The position numbers and the translations under genes are program-made. 64,000 nucleotides of DNA, taken from assembly GCA_963777955.1 (NCBI GenBank), contig CAVZSQ010000013.1, positions 96,001 to 160,000 of the forward strand. The letters run 5' to 3'. The notes under the pieces were generated by a model that was not told the origin of the DNA, made no database searches, and saw only the letters and a program-made list of their open reading frames with translations. Position 1 is the stretch's first letter. Each line of letters begins with the position of its first letter. Positions 30,271-40,434 of this stretch are shown piece by piece. The DNA is from Calditrichia bacterium. Its GTDB lineage: Bacteria > Calditrichota > Calditrichia > JAJRVZ01.

Positions 30271-31482
30271 CTAGCCCGTGGGCAGCAGGATAGAAAACCG
30301 GGTACCGCGGCCAGGTTCGCTCTCAACTTCGATTCTGCCCCCGTTCTCTTCAACCAGTCGCGAGGAAATGGATAAACCTAAACCGACACCGTCGCTCTTG
30401 GTGGTAAAAAAGGGATTAAAAATTTTTTTAATGTTCTCTTTTTCAATTCCACAGCCCTGGTCGGCGATTTGAATCGCCACCATCGACTGATCTTCATTAA
30501 CCGCAGCGGCCGGAGTTGTTACAGTCGAAACGGTTAAAGTGCCCCCCTGCTCCATGGCGTCGATAGCATTCAGAAATAAATTAATCAATACCTGCTCCAG
30601 TTGATTCTCATCTACATATACTTTCGGCACATTTTTATCAAAACTGGTGCTATATACGATATTTTTTTTACTCATTTTGGATGAAAGCAGTACCTGGACA
30701 CCCTTAATTATATTTTCCACTACAACAAAATCCTGCCTGGGTTTACCCGGCTTGGCAAACTTAAAAAATTTCTTCAGCAATTCATTAGAGCGGTCAATTT
30801 CTTTGATGATCCGTTTAATCAGTTCCGCTCTGAAATCGCCGGGACTAAAACTATCCTCCAGCACCTGTGCGGACGACTTGATACCCGCCAGCGGATTACG
30901 GATCTCGTGAGCAATACCGGCCGAAACTTCACCCAGAGTGGCCAGACGATCGATCCGCTCCAGTCGACTGCGGAAATTATGTATATTGGTCAAATCCCGG
31001 AAACTGAATATGACACCGTTATATTTAACATCCTCTATATCCAGCAAGGTCGTAGTAAAACCGATGGGGATGACCTTCTGGTTGCGGGCCAGTAAATTGA
31101 CCTCCTTGCTTTCAAACATGCTTTTATTTTTAAACAGTACATGAAGAATCTGTTCGCCTTCAGGCTGGTCGGCAAAAAGCGTGCGTATGGATTTACCTAC
31201 CAGTTCACTATATTCATAATCAATCAGTTTTAATGCTGTAGTATTAATAAACGTGATCAGACCATCAAAATCAATAGTGATGATTCCGCTGGAAATATTC
31301 TGTACCACCCCTTTATGAAACTGATAGACCTGCTCCACTTTCCTGCTGCGGGTGATAACTTTCTTATATTTTTCTGCCAGTTGGCGGTATTTGGTTTCCA
31401 GTGAGACATACTCGCTGCGTTCGTTATACGATTTATTGATTAGTGAAATGCTTTCTTTCTTGATATCAAATTGTTTACTCAT
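30271..31482 (-). CDS. Cytoplasmic PAS-domain sensor histidine kinase (NtrB-like)
   Basis: Coiled coil + PAS; AHEIRNPL H-box; NLFLNA, DQGCG, PFFTTK, GLGL boxes; no TM helix. Confidence 0.93.
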   Translation of the reverse strand: MSKQFDIKKESISLINKSYNERSEYVSLETKYRQLAEKYKKVITRSRKVEQVYQFHKGVVQNISSGIITIDFDGLITFINTTALKLIDYEYSELVGKSIRTLFADQPEGEQILHVLFKNKSMFESKEVNLLARNQKVIPIGFTTTLLDIEDVKYNGVIFSFRDLTNIHNFRSRLERIDRLATLGEVSAGIAHEIRNPLAGIKSSAQVLEDSFSPGDFRAELIKRIIKEIDRSNELLKKFFKFAKPGKPRQDFVVVENIIKGVQVLLSSKMSKKNIVYSTSFDKNVPKVYVDENQLEQVLINLFLNAIDAMEQGGTLTVSTVTTPAAAVNEDQSMVAIQIADQGCGIEKENIKKIFNPFFTTKSDGVGLGLSISSRLVEENGGRIEVESEPGRGTRFSILLPTG

Positions 31483-31549
31483 GGTGGTAATACCGTATGT
31501 TTAATCAAAATTTACACAAATCCTGCCTGAGCATGCAACCAGTTTATAT

Positions 31550-33984
31550 TTATAACAGTTCCTGAGGATCGACATCCACGATAATTTTCAAATTGGATTC
31601 TTTCAAGCGTAAATACGGCAGCATAACCATCTCAATTATTTTTTTGCTACGTGTGCCGCCGGGATCTCTGGCGGGATCGATCTTAAGCAGGGTTTGCCAG
31701 CGATACTGCTTATTGATCCTGGCCAGGGGCGATGGTGCCGGACCGGTAATTTCGTAAAGACCCCGCCCGGCTGCGCGCAGTTTTTGTGTTATCTCCCGGG
31801 CAAAAGCTATAGTCGTGGATAAATTATCAGCCGAGTACCTGAGGTTGATAATCCTGCGCAAGGGGGGATATCCCATTTCCTGCCGGTATTTCAGCTCCTG
31901 CCGGTAAAAACCTTTATAATCATGATTCCTGGCAAACTGAATGGCATAATGATTGATTATGCTGCTCTGAATAACCACTTCACCTTCCAGTTCATCCCGG
32001 CCTGCCCTTCCGGCGACCTGAGTTAACAACTGAAATACCCGTTCGGCAGACCGGTAATCCGGCAGACTTAAGCCAATATCAGCAGAGATCACCCCTACCA
32101 GCGTCACCCTGCTAAAATCCAGTCCTTTTGAAATCATCTGTGTCCCCAGCAGAATATCGGCTTTACCTTCTTTGAATGATTTCAGAAACAAACCATGTGC
32201 CCCCTGGCGGCCGGTAGTATCCTGATCCATGCGAATCAGGCGCGCCTGGGCAAATAATTTCATGATCTCCGCCTGAATCTTTTGTGTACCCGTACCGATG
32301 TATTTTATATCGGGACCCTGGCATTTGGGACAATATTCCGGGGCCTGCTTTGAATAGCCACAATAGTGACATAATAAATGCTTATGGTAGGCATGATAAG
32401 TCAGGGAAATTTCACAATTGGGACAAAGAAAAATGTAACCGCAATCCAGGCATTGCAAATAGGCTGAATGACCGCGGCGATTCTGCAACAGGATAATCTG
32501 CTCCCGCCGTTCCAACCGTTCCCGGATTTTCTGAAGCAGCAGAGGTGTAAATACTCTGGATTCCTTTTTGCCTTTGAACAGGTTTTTACCATCCTCTATA
32601 TATACTTTCGGCAATTTTACATCTTTAATCCTGCGGGTCAGTTCCAGCAACATATATTTGCGTGTACTGGCATTATAATACGATTCAAGACTGGGGGTTG
32701 CTGAACCAAGCACCACCACGGCCTGATTCATCCTGGCCCGGTATATGGCCGCATCCCTGGCATGATAACGCGGTGCAGGATCATTTTGTTTATAGGAACC
32801 ATCATGTTCTTCATCCACCACGATGATGCCCAGATTCTGAACCGGCATAAACAAGGCTGAACGCGGACCTACTACAATCGATACTTGCCTGCTCGAAGAC
32901 TTTCATCCAGGTTTCAAAACGGTCATGTACACTCATCTTACTGTGAAATACGGCAACCTGGCCCGGGAAAAAATTATCAAAACGCCTTAAAGTCTGCGGG
33001 GTAAGCGATATTTCCGGAATTAAAACGATTGCGGTCAGGCCCTGCTGAATGCAGGATTTAATCGCTTCCAGGTAAACCTGGGTTTTTCCGCTGCCGGTTA
33101 CTCCATACAACAGAAAAGTCTGGAATTCACGGCGTTGCAGCGATTCGGCTTATGGTCGACAGGGCTTGCTGTTGTTCGGCATTCAGGTTGATCTCCTTTT
33201 TTTCTTCCGGATAGGTAGTTTTAGATTCAGCCGGCTGCACTGATTTTTCGATCTGCAGAACTCCCTGCCGGACCAGCCGGTTGATAACAGCAGTTGACAG
33301 CCCCAGCCGTTCCTGAAATTCACTATATGGTAATTTCTTTTCTTTTAATTCTTCTAAAATATTATTCAGGCGGGGATTTTTTTTCAGGATCCGGTCAGAA
33401 TCGGGGATTGTTGCGCCCACGATGACCAGGCGCTGGGTTTTGGGACGCGAAGGTTTTTTAATCCGCTGCTCCAGACTGGATTAAATCCTGTTCCTGCAAT
33501 TCCTGCAAATAATGATAGAATGATCCGCTGCCAAATTGCCTGCGGTAATAGGTAGTTGTTTTACCGCTATTGCCGGCAATCAGATCGAACAGACTGCTGC
33601 TTGCGTCCGGTCAGAATTAAATTTATATCCTCGGGAAAATGTTTTAAGCTGATCACACTTTCGCTCTTCTGTTCCATTCCGCGCGGCAAAGCCAGCTGCA
33701 CGGTTTGTCCCCAGGAACAAAGATAGTATTCAGCCAGCCAGGCGGTGAATTCCAGTAATTCCGGACGGACGAGCGGAATTGTTTCCAGCACATCCACAAT
33801 TTCCCTGCAAGCGGAGATTTCGCTGTGTTCGAGGACACGGGTAACGACACCGGTCAGTTCCCTTTTCCCCAGGGGAGCTGAATACACGCTGACCCGGCTG
33901 CAGGGAGGCCTGAACATCCTGCGGTACCAGGTAAGTAAAGGTTTTAGGCAGAGCCAGATTGAATATTACATCCACATATGTCAT
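31550..33984 (-). CDS. priA: Primosomal protein N' (frameshifted in 5' half)
   Basis: GVTGSGKT, PEISLTPQ, DEEHD, GSATPS, four CxxC pairs, QVAGRAGR. Confidence 0.93.
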
Positions 33985-34072
33985 ATCTACTGAAAATCTT
34001 TAGTTAATAATTTCAGGCTGGATTTCAGGTAAATTTAAATATAATCTGACAAGAAAAAATAAATATATAAGT

Positions 34073-34099
34073 AAAAAAAAAGGCGGCAAAGCCGCCTTT
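34073..34099 (-). terminator. Intrinsic terminator after rplI
   Basis: GGCGGC-TTT-GCCGCC stem followed by a T run on the minus strand. Confidence 0.8.
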
Positions 34100-34121
34100 A
34101 CAAATCAGTATATAATATTGG

Positions 34122-34565
34122 TTATTCTTTGACTACCCAGACTTTAACCTTAGCCTCGATATCCGGATGTAACTTGACCGGCACGGAGTAAATACCCAGA
34201 GATTTTATAGGTTCATCCAGCATAATTTTGCGTTTATCAATTTCATAACCCTGGGCCAGAAGGGCTTCGGCTATATTCTGCGAAGTTACCGAACCAAATA
34301 ATTTATCTTCTTCGCCGACCTGTACCGTGATCGTACACGAGACAGTTTCCAGGGTCTTGGCCAACTCTGCTGATTTTCTTTTCTCTTTTTCTTTACCCCA
34401 GTTCAATAACTTTTTTTCATTTTCAAGAAATTGAACATTTTTAGGGGTGGCTGCCAGAGCGATTCCTTTAGGGATCAGATAGTTGCGGGCAAAACCGGGT
34501 TTGACATTTACAATGGAACCGGCCGTACCGAGTTTTTCATGATCCTGACGTAATAGTATTTTCAT
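34122..34565 (-). CDS. rplI: 50S ribosomal protein L9
   Basis: MKILL...VKPGFARNYLIP, KLFGSVT. Confidence 0.97.
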   Translation of the reverse strand: MKILLRQDHEKLGTAGSIVNVKPGFARNYLIPKGIALAATPKNVQFLENEKKLLNWGKEKEKRKSAELAKTLETVSCTITVQVGEEDKLFGSVTSQNIAEALLAQGYEIDKRKIMLDEPIKSLGIYSVPVKLHPDIEAKVKVWVVKE

Positions 34566-34588
34566 AGACACCTGCTTTCCTGTTATCA

Positions 34589-34912
34589 CTATCTGGGAAT
34601 ATCCGCCATATACGGCAGCAAGGCCAGATGACGGGCACGTTTAATGGCCGTGGCCAGTTGCCTTTGACTGCGGGCACAATTTCCAGATGTTCTTCTGGGA
34701 ATGATCTTACCCTGTTCGGTAAGAAAACGACTTATTTTTTTTGTATCCTTAAAATCAATATACAGATTACGGCAGGTTTCATCATCGGTGCACCAGCGGC
34801 AAACCCGCTTTTTCTTGTTTTTAAATCCGCCCAAACCCATACGATGATTGCTGCGGCTGTTAGTTCTGGTAGTTCCGCGTCCGGTTCTACCGCCTCCTCT
34901 GCTACTGTACAT
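34589..34912 (-). CDS. rpsR: 30S ribosomal protein S18
   Basis: [25 protein letters not shown]. Confidence 0.97.
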   Translation of the reverse strand: MYSSRGGGRTGRGTTRTNSRSNHRMGLGGFKNKKKRVCRWCTDDETCRNLYIDFKDTKKISRFLTEQGKIIPRRTSGNCARSQRQLATAIKRARHLALLPYMADIPR

Positions 34913-35351
34913 TTTTCACCTCCCCATCCCTTCTCCCGGAAAATCTGCCGCCTGATCTGCCGCGGCCCGGACCCATAGTCACCAATTCTGCTTCAGGTCT
35001 GATCTGGACCGGCTCCTTGCCCTGGGCCCGTAATTCCATCTCTTTGTTGCGGATTTTAAGTTTGTTTTTGGCATAACGGTAGGTCAGGTACCGTAACATT
35101 TTGTCGTTATAATTATATTCATTCTGCAAAACCAGGGGAATATTCCCGACACTTTCGAACTCCATGGCTACATAAAATCCATACTGTTTCTTCTGGATTT
35201 CGTAAGCCAGCCGGCGTTTACCCCACCGGTCAATCGCGGTTACTTTCCCACCCGGGGTCTCGATAACTTCTTTCACCCGGTTGATATTATTCTCAATTTC
35301 TTCGGGTGAAAGGAGACTATCCAAGATGAAAATAGTCTCGTACACTGCCAT
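34902..35351 (-). CDS. rpsF: 30S ribosomal protein S6
   Basis: [22 protein letters not shown]. Confidence 0.97.
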   Translation of the reverse strand: MAVYETIFILDSLLSPEEIENNINRVKEVIETPGGKVTAIDRWGKRRLAYEIQKKQYGFYVAMEFESVGNIPLVLQNEYNYNDKMLRYLTYRYAKNKLKIRNKEMELRAQGKEPVQIRPEAELVTMGPGRGRSGGRFSGRRDGEVKNVQ

Positions 35352-35360
35352 AAAAGTTTT

Positions 35361-35404
35361 CTCCTTCGGTCTGACGTTTCCACATGCTGTGCTGTGGAAA
35401 AGGA
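35361..35404 (-). promoter_or_regulatory. S6:S18 ribosomal protein leader (autogenous operator)
   Basis: Minus strand TCCTT-TTCCACA-GCACAGCA-TGTGGAA-ACGTCAGA-CCG-AAGGAG: outer stem sequesters the SD, inner hairpin, and a CCG bulge. Confidence 0.75.
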
Positions 35405-35468
35405 TTTATAGTTTATTAGTTAGTTAACTTCTTAAAAACGCTAATCTTACCTTTTTCTTACCTGCTGA

Positions 35469-36056
35469 TCAAAGATCATTTTCTTCCGGGTCGGCCAGAA
35501 AAGAACGATTGTATTTGTTCATGGTTTCTTCCATCCCCTGCTCAATCCAGCTGTATACTGCTTCTTTAGCCAGGGGCAATAACAGTTTTATCTCTCGCTT
35601 CTCCCGCTGATCAAATTTAGAAAGAACAAAATCTACGGCATCTTCAAATCTATTACCGATACCGAATCTGAAGCGATCAATCACATCAGTTTCGAGTTCA
35701 TAGATCACGGAGGATAAGCCGTTATGTCCGCCGTCGCTTCCGGCCTGGCGAAACCGGAATGTTCCCCAGGGCAGGTTATAATCATCACAAATAATCAGCA
35801 CATCTGCAACAGCCAGGGCAAAGTAATTGACAATCTGCCGGACGGCCCGCCCGCTATGATTCATGTAGGTTGTGGGCTTCACCAGCATGATTTTATGCAT
35901 CCCGATCCTGGTCTCGCTGCAATAGTAATCTCCTTTACCCGCTTTGAAGGGACTCTGTAATTCGCCGGCAATATAGTCTACTACTTCAAAACCAATATTG
36001 TGCCGGGTACCTGCGTATTGGTTACCTGGATTACCCAGTCCGATTACGATACGCAC
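35469..36056 (-). CDS. pth: Peptidyl-tRNA hydrolase
   Basis: GLGNPG..Y..TRHNIGF, KPTTYMNHSG, GGHNGL. Confidence 0.97.
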   Translation of the reverse strand: MRIVIGLGNPGNQYAGTRHNIGFEVVDYIAGELQSPFKAGKGDYYCSETRIGMHKIMLVKPTTYMNHSGRAVRQIVNYFALAVADVLIICDDYNLPWGTFRFRQAGSDGGHNGLSSVIYELETDVIDRFRFGIGNRFEDAVDFVLSKFDQREKREIKLLLPLAKEAVYSWIEQGMEETMNKYNRSFLADPEENDL

Positions 36057-36069
36057 AAAAAACCACAAC

Positions 36070-36753
36070 TTACTTTTTGGATTTGTCTTTTTCTTTCTTT
36101 TCTGCTTCTTGTTCTTCTTCTTCTGTTTCTTTCTTACGGGCAGTGATTACTTCCGGCTCAGCGGCTTCTTCTTCCACACCTTCCTCAGCAGGTGCCACAA
36201 CCTCTTCCAGTTTCTTCGGCGCAGCTACCGAGCAAACCGGCGTGATAGCATCTTCATCGATCTTAAGATTGCCAACTTTAAGATCACTGACGTGAATAGC
36301 GTCGCCAATCTCCAGGTTGGAAATATCTACTTCGATAAAATCAGGAATATCAGACGGCAGGCAGATGACCTCCAGCTGGGAGCGCAACTCCTGGAAAATA
36401 CCCCCCACTTTGGCCCCGGGTGCCTGGCCCACAAATTTAACGGGTACAGCTATCCTGATTTCCTGGTCGGCCAGGATCCGTTGAAAATCCAGATGAATAA
36501 TATCCCCTTTGACCGGGTGATATTGAATCTCTTTTATAATCGATTTTTGTTGCTTACCCTCGTAATTCAAAACAATAATTGAATGACGGATCGATGATAA
36601 TTTATCCAATTCCCGTTTTTTGACCACCAGTGAAATCGCTTCAGGTTCGACACCATAGACCACGCAGGGTACTTCACCGCCTCTGCGCAACCTGCGGGAA
36701 TTAACTTTGCCCTCTTCATTTCTTAATCTGGCATTTAATAAAATTTCTTCCAT
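36070..36753 (-). CDS. rplY: 50S ribosomal protein L25/general stress protein Ctc
   Basis: RRLRR.G.VPCVVYG, EIQYHPV...HLDF; acidic/lysine tail. Confidence 0.95.
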   Translation of the reverse strand: MEEILLNARLRNEEGKVNSRRLRRGGEVPCVVYGVEPEAISLVVKKRELDKLSSIRHSIIVLNYEGKQQKSIIKEIQYHPVKGDIIHLDFQRILADQEIRIAVPVKFVGQAPGAKVGGIFQELRSQLEVICLPSDIPDFIEVDISNLEIGDAIHVSDLKVGNLKIDEDAITPVCSVAAPKKLEEVVAPAEEGVEEEAAEPEVITARKKETEEEEQEAEKKEKDKSKK

Positions 36754-36786
36754 AATATGCTCCTGCAAAATTCTTTCTTTAAATAG

Positions 36787-36858
36787 CTGGGGCGGGAGGA
36801 TTTGAACCCCCGAATGCCGGGACCAAAACCCGGTGCCTTACCACTTGGCGACGCCCCA
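36787..36858 (-). tRNA. tRNA-Gln (TTG), CCA not encoded
   Basis: TGGGGCG acceptor, GCCAAGTGGTAAGGC D-arm, CCGGG-TTTTGGT-CCCGG anticodon arm, GGTTCAAATCC T-arm. Confidence 0.97.
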
Positions 36859-36900
36859 ATATTGTCATCGGTCAGTTACAAACCTGTCCGCCGATTCAGG

Positions 36901-37758
36901 TTACCGGCTCACCGGCCGGGTAATTGTGCAAGAATATCGGGTTTTCAACTCCCGGTAAACCGACTCTGCCTGTGTTGGATCGCGGAATAGACCATAAATT
37001 GTAGATCCACTGCCGCTCATACTGGCAAAATCGGCACCCCTAACATATAATAATTCCTTACTTTCTGCCAATTGTGGATACGTGATAAAAACAGATTTTT
37101 CGAAATCATTGTAGAATTTACCACGGAATTTATCCACGGTTAAATTTTGAAACTCAAAGCCTATAAATTTAGTTTCTTTACAATCTTTTGTCAAGCCCAT
37201 TTTTAAGTTTGCATAGGCCCAGCCCGTGTTTATATACAGGTCGGGATGGAGCAGCAAAACGGTGTACGCCGTATCCATTTTAACCGGGGTGACCTTTTCA
37301 CCGCGACCCTGCAGGCAGGCGCTGCCGCCACTTATGAAAAACGGAATATCGGAACCAATTTTAGCCGCCAGCAGCCGCAGATCGGTATCGCTAACATCCA
37401 GATTATATAGGACGTTAATGCCCTTTAAAACCGCCGCTGCATCACTGCTGCCCCCGCCCAGTCCCGCACCGATCGGAATTCTTTTAATTAAACGAATATG
37501 CAATCCGGGGATCTGGAAGCGACGGCTCATTAGTGTCGCTGCTTTCAGACAAAGGTTATCCGCTTCTGCCCGTAATTGGGCTGAGTCGGTCTCAAAGTTT
37601 AAATCCCTGGCCTGCTCCAGAAACAGGTCATCCCCGAATTCCACTTCCTGAATAATTGATTCAATTTCATGAAATCCATCCGTACGCCGGCCTCTGATCG
37701 CCAGGGCCAGATTAATTTTTGCCCGTGCTGTAATTTCAATGTTTTTCATGGTGTTCAT
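36901..37758 (-). CDS. ispE: 4-diphosphocytidyl-2-C-methyl-D-erythritol kinase
   Basis: AKINLAL, KRIPIGAGLGGGSSDAA, GSDIPFF, MSGSGS. Confidence 0.96.
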   Translation of the reverse strand: MNTMKNIEITARAKINLALAIRGRRTDGFHEIESIIQEVEFGDDLFLEQARDLNFETDSAQLRAEADNLCLKAATLMSRRFQIPGLHIRLIKRIPIGAGLGGGSSDAAAVLKGINVLYNLDVSDTDLRLLAAKIGSDIPFFISGGSACLQGRGEKVTPVKMDTAYTVLLLHPDLYINTGWAYANLKMGLTKDCKETKFIGFEFQNLTVDKFRGKFYNDFEKSVFITYPQLAESKELLYVRGADFASMSGSGSTIYGLFRDPTQAESVYRELKTRYSCTITRPVSR

Positions 37759-37981
37759 AAAATAAGGATAAATTATACAGAAATTCCACTCCCTGCTGAT
37801 AACTTACAAAAAAAAATATCTTTTAAGCAGTTTTATTTACCATGACCCTGCAGCAAGTGCAAATGAAAATCCTGGTAAAATTATTTTTTCCTGATCTGAA
37901 AACCTGGCGGCAGTATCACCGGGGGGGGAAAAAAGCAAATATCCGGGGGTAGAAAAATTTATTCAAAAAACTATAGCGGTA

Positions 37982-38428
37982 CTAGTTTAATTCAATCGAT
38001 AATTCTAGTTTATCGCCATCCATCCGGTCTATTTGAAAGCCGTTACGTTTCAGGATTTTCAGGCTGGCAATATTAGAACGCAGCACCTGACAATAAACAC
38101 TCTGGTAAATTCCTCTGACTTTTTGCAGCAATAGATTGATGGCCTTGGTTCCGATACCGTTGTTTCTTTCTCCGACCACCATCAGAATCTGCGCTCTTTT
38201 TTTAAAGATATCTTCTTCGCTGGCATAAAATATTTTAATATCCCCTACATGCCGCCCGTCATTATAAATTTCATAATATCTGCGGAAATGAGTCAGGGTT
38301 TGTTCATCGTCTTCGGGATCGGCCTGTTCACGGAAAACCAGATAATCCTGTACGACAGGATCGTTGTACCACTGCTTGCGTTCGGGAGTTTGGATGATTT
38401 GTTCAGTTTCCTTTAACTCTAGGATCAT
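37982..38428 (-). CDS. GNAT N-acetyltransferase (RimJ/RimL-like)
   Basis: RNNGIGT acetyl-CoA motif; SNIASLKILKRNGF. Confidence 0.8.
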   Translation of the reverse strand: MILELKETEQIIQTPERKQWYNDPVVQDYLVFREQADPEDDEQTLTHFRRYYEIYNDGRHVGDIKIFYASEEDIFKKRAQILMVVGERNNGIGTKAINLLLQKVRGIYQSVYCQVLRSNIASLKILKRNGFQIDRMDGDKLELSIELN

Positions 38429-38561
38429 TTCACTGCTCCTGTGCTTGTGCTGTTGAATATCTCAATCATCATCACCCCTAAAGTAAAATTAGTCTACATT
38501 TATAAATGTGATTAAAGTTACAAATATTCCAAAAAATTCGAAAGAGAATTCTCGCCCTGAA

Positions 38562-39464
38562 CTAAAAATAGATCGCAAATGAAAAACGGTGTGACTGGCC
38601 CAGATCGTACCTGTACGGCACAAAGGCATAAGCCACATTTATTTTCCGGTAGCAGATACCGAAACCGGCCGTTAAACCATGGCTGTCGGCGCCCAGGCTA
38701 TATCCGCCGCGCAGGCTAATGTTCTGCACAACGGGCACATCAACACCTAAATTCAACTGCAACCGATTATTGCCGGTATAATATAAATCCGCGGCCGTTA
38801 ACGGTTTAATCCGTATAATCTTTTCCGGCAAAAAATAACTCACTCCGGTGCGAAGTATCAACGGCAAGGATGAAGCCGTCGAGCGTAATTTATTCATTTT
38901 ACCCAGGTTCTGGATACTCAAACCCCACTCCAGTTCGGGCAGCACATTTTTTTTGCGTATCCCCAGATCCACAGCAATTCCTTCCGCCCGGGTCAGATAA
39001 TATTTCTCATACAGATATTTAAGCTGTCCACCCACGCTCCAGTCCCGGCCCAGCGGGGCAGCATAATTCAAACCCAGGTACATATTGGTTGCACTGCTGG
39101 TGCCGATAGGATTTTCAGTAGCCCGCTCATCCCGGAGTTGGATACCGTTGATCTGGATCAGGTTCACGGCAAAGGCCAGATTGTGTTTGCCATGAAATAA
39201 CTGAACGGCCAGAAATTCCTGGTTAATATCCTGCAGCCAGGAATTATGCATAAGTACAATGGAATTGCTGCCGGCCCGGGCCAGTCCCGCCGGATTCCAG
39301 TAAGTAGCCGCCGCGTCATTACAAACCGCCGAATATGCTTCACCCATGGCCGCAGCCCGGGCATCGATTCCGATCTTCAGAAACGTTAAACCGCTGCTTT
39401 CTGCTGCGGCTGATGCCCCGGCCATTATCAAAAATAATACAAAGAATAAAATCAGTTTATTCAT
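38562..39464 (-). CDS. PorV/PorQ (UPF0164)-family outer-membrane barrel
   Basis: FLKIGIDARAAAMGEA...YWNPAGL; ends YAF...SHRFSFAIYF. Confidence 0.85.
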   Translation of the reverse strand: MNKLILFFVLFLIMAGASAAAESSGLTFLKIGIDARAAAMGEAYSAVCNDAAATYWNPAGLARAGSNSIVLMHNSWLQDINQEFLAVQLFHGKHNLAFAVNLIQINGIQLRDERATENPIGTSSATNMYLGLNYAAPLGRDWSVGGQLKYLYEKYYLTRAEGIAVDLGIRKKNVLPELEWGLSIQNLGKMNKLRSTASSLPLILRTGVSYFLPEKIIRIKPLTAADLYYTGNNRLQLNLGVDVPVVQNISLRGGYSLGADSHGLTAGFGICYRKINVAYAFVPYRYDLGQSHRFSFAIYF

Positions 39465-39489
39465 CACTGCCCTCTTGGTCTTCGCCAGA

Positions 39490-40434
39490 TTAAAAAATAA
39501 TTTGCCATGAAAAATAATGACTGCTGCCCTCATCGATCAGCGAGGGCAGGAAAGCATAATCCAACAACGAATCATACCGTCCGATTTTAAAGTCCAGGCC
39601 GGCACCAAATGCAGTCCGGGTGCCGTTCAAACCCAAACGCAGGGCCAGATTTTGTCCCCGCAGCGCCTCGATACCCAGATGATTCCGGATGTCCCCTTTG
39701 TCACTCCATTCCAGATCATCGCCGAGGCGCAACCAGGGCCAGGGACTGCGATAATAAATCCCGGCCTTCTGGATCAGAGGAAAACGATCGATGGTCGTGC
39801 CGCCCAGTTCAAAAATCTTTTCTGTATTTGCTTTTAATTTCGAACTGATATCGCGGATCTGGTATCCCAGAGTCAAATTGTCATTGATATAATAGTGCCA
39901 GCCGAAATCAAAACCCACCCCCCGTGAACTATAGTTAAACTGCTCCGTTCCATCATTAATATCCTCGAACATGATTTTAACGGTCACGCCCAGTGACATC
40001 CTGGAAAATATCCTGCGTCCGAAAGAGAACAGAATTGTATTATTGGAATGATTGATAGCACCGGTCTGTTCACCAATGGAATTATAGGATTGAATATTAC
40101 CGATCCCGCTTTCGATCCAGCCGATCGAAAAACCGGCTGCCGGCGGTACACGCAGGGAAAAACTGACAAAACTCTGATGCCGGTCCAGTGACAGAAATCC
40201 ATAGGATAAAGCAACCATCCTTTTTGCGCTGTTGCCGAAGGCCGCCGGATTATAATAGGCAGAATATGCATCCAGCGGCGCAGCCACCCCGCTGTTGCCC
40301 AGGGCAATAGCACGTGCACCAAGACCCATCCTTAAATTAGCACCGGCATATCCGCCATTATCACTGCCGAAACACTGCTGAACAGCTATTAAAATGATCG
40401 TTGTCACCAAACGTAATTTCAAAATCCACCTCAA
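39490..40434 (-). CDS. PorV/PorQ-like outer-membrane barrel
   Basis: GLGARAIALG...YYNPAA; ends LDYAF...HYFSWQIIF. Confidence 0.75.
   Translation of the reverse strand: MRWILKLRLVTTIILIAVQQCFGSDNGGYAGANLRMGLGARAIALGNSGVAAPLDAYSAYYNPAAFGNSAKRMVALSYGFLSLDRHQSFVSFSLRVPPAAGFSIGWIESGIGNIQSYNSIGEQTGAINHSNNTILFSFGRRIFSRMSLGVTVKIMFEDINDGTEQFNYSSRGVGFDFGWHYYINDNLTLGYQIRDISSKLKANTEKIFELGGTTIDRFPLIQKAGIYYRSPWPWLRLGDDLEWSDKGDIRNHLGIEALRGQNLALRLGLNGTRTAFGAGLDFKIGRYDSLLDYAFLPSLIDEGSSHYFSWQIIF

Noticed and set aside
31550..33984. priA as a pseudogene or programmed frameshift
   Set aside because: All helicase and zinc motifs are intact, there are several shifts, and similar indels occur in unrelated genes.
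36760..36900. Integration site at tRNA-Gln
   Set aside because: No integrase or duplicated tRNA 3' end; flanked directly by ispE and rplY.
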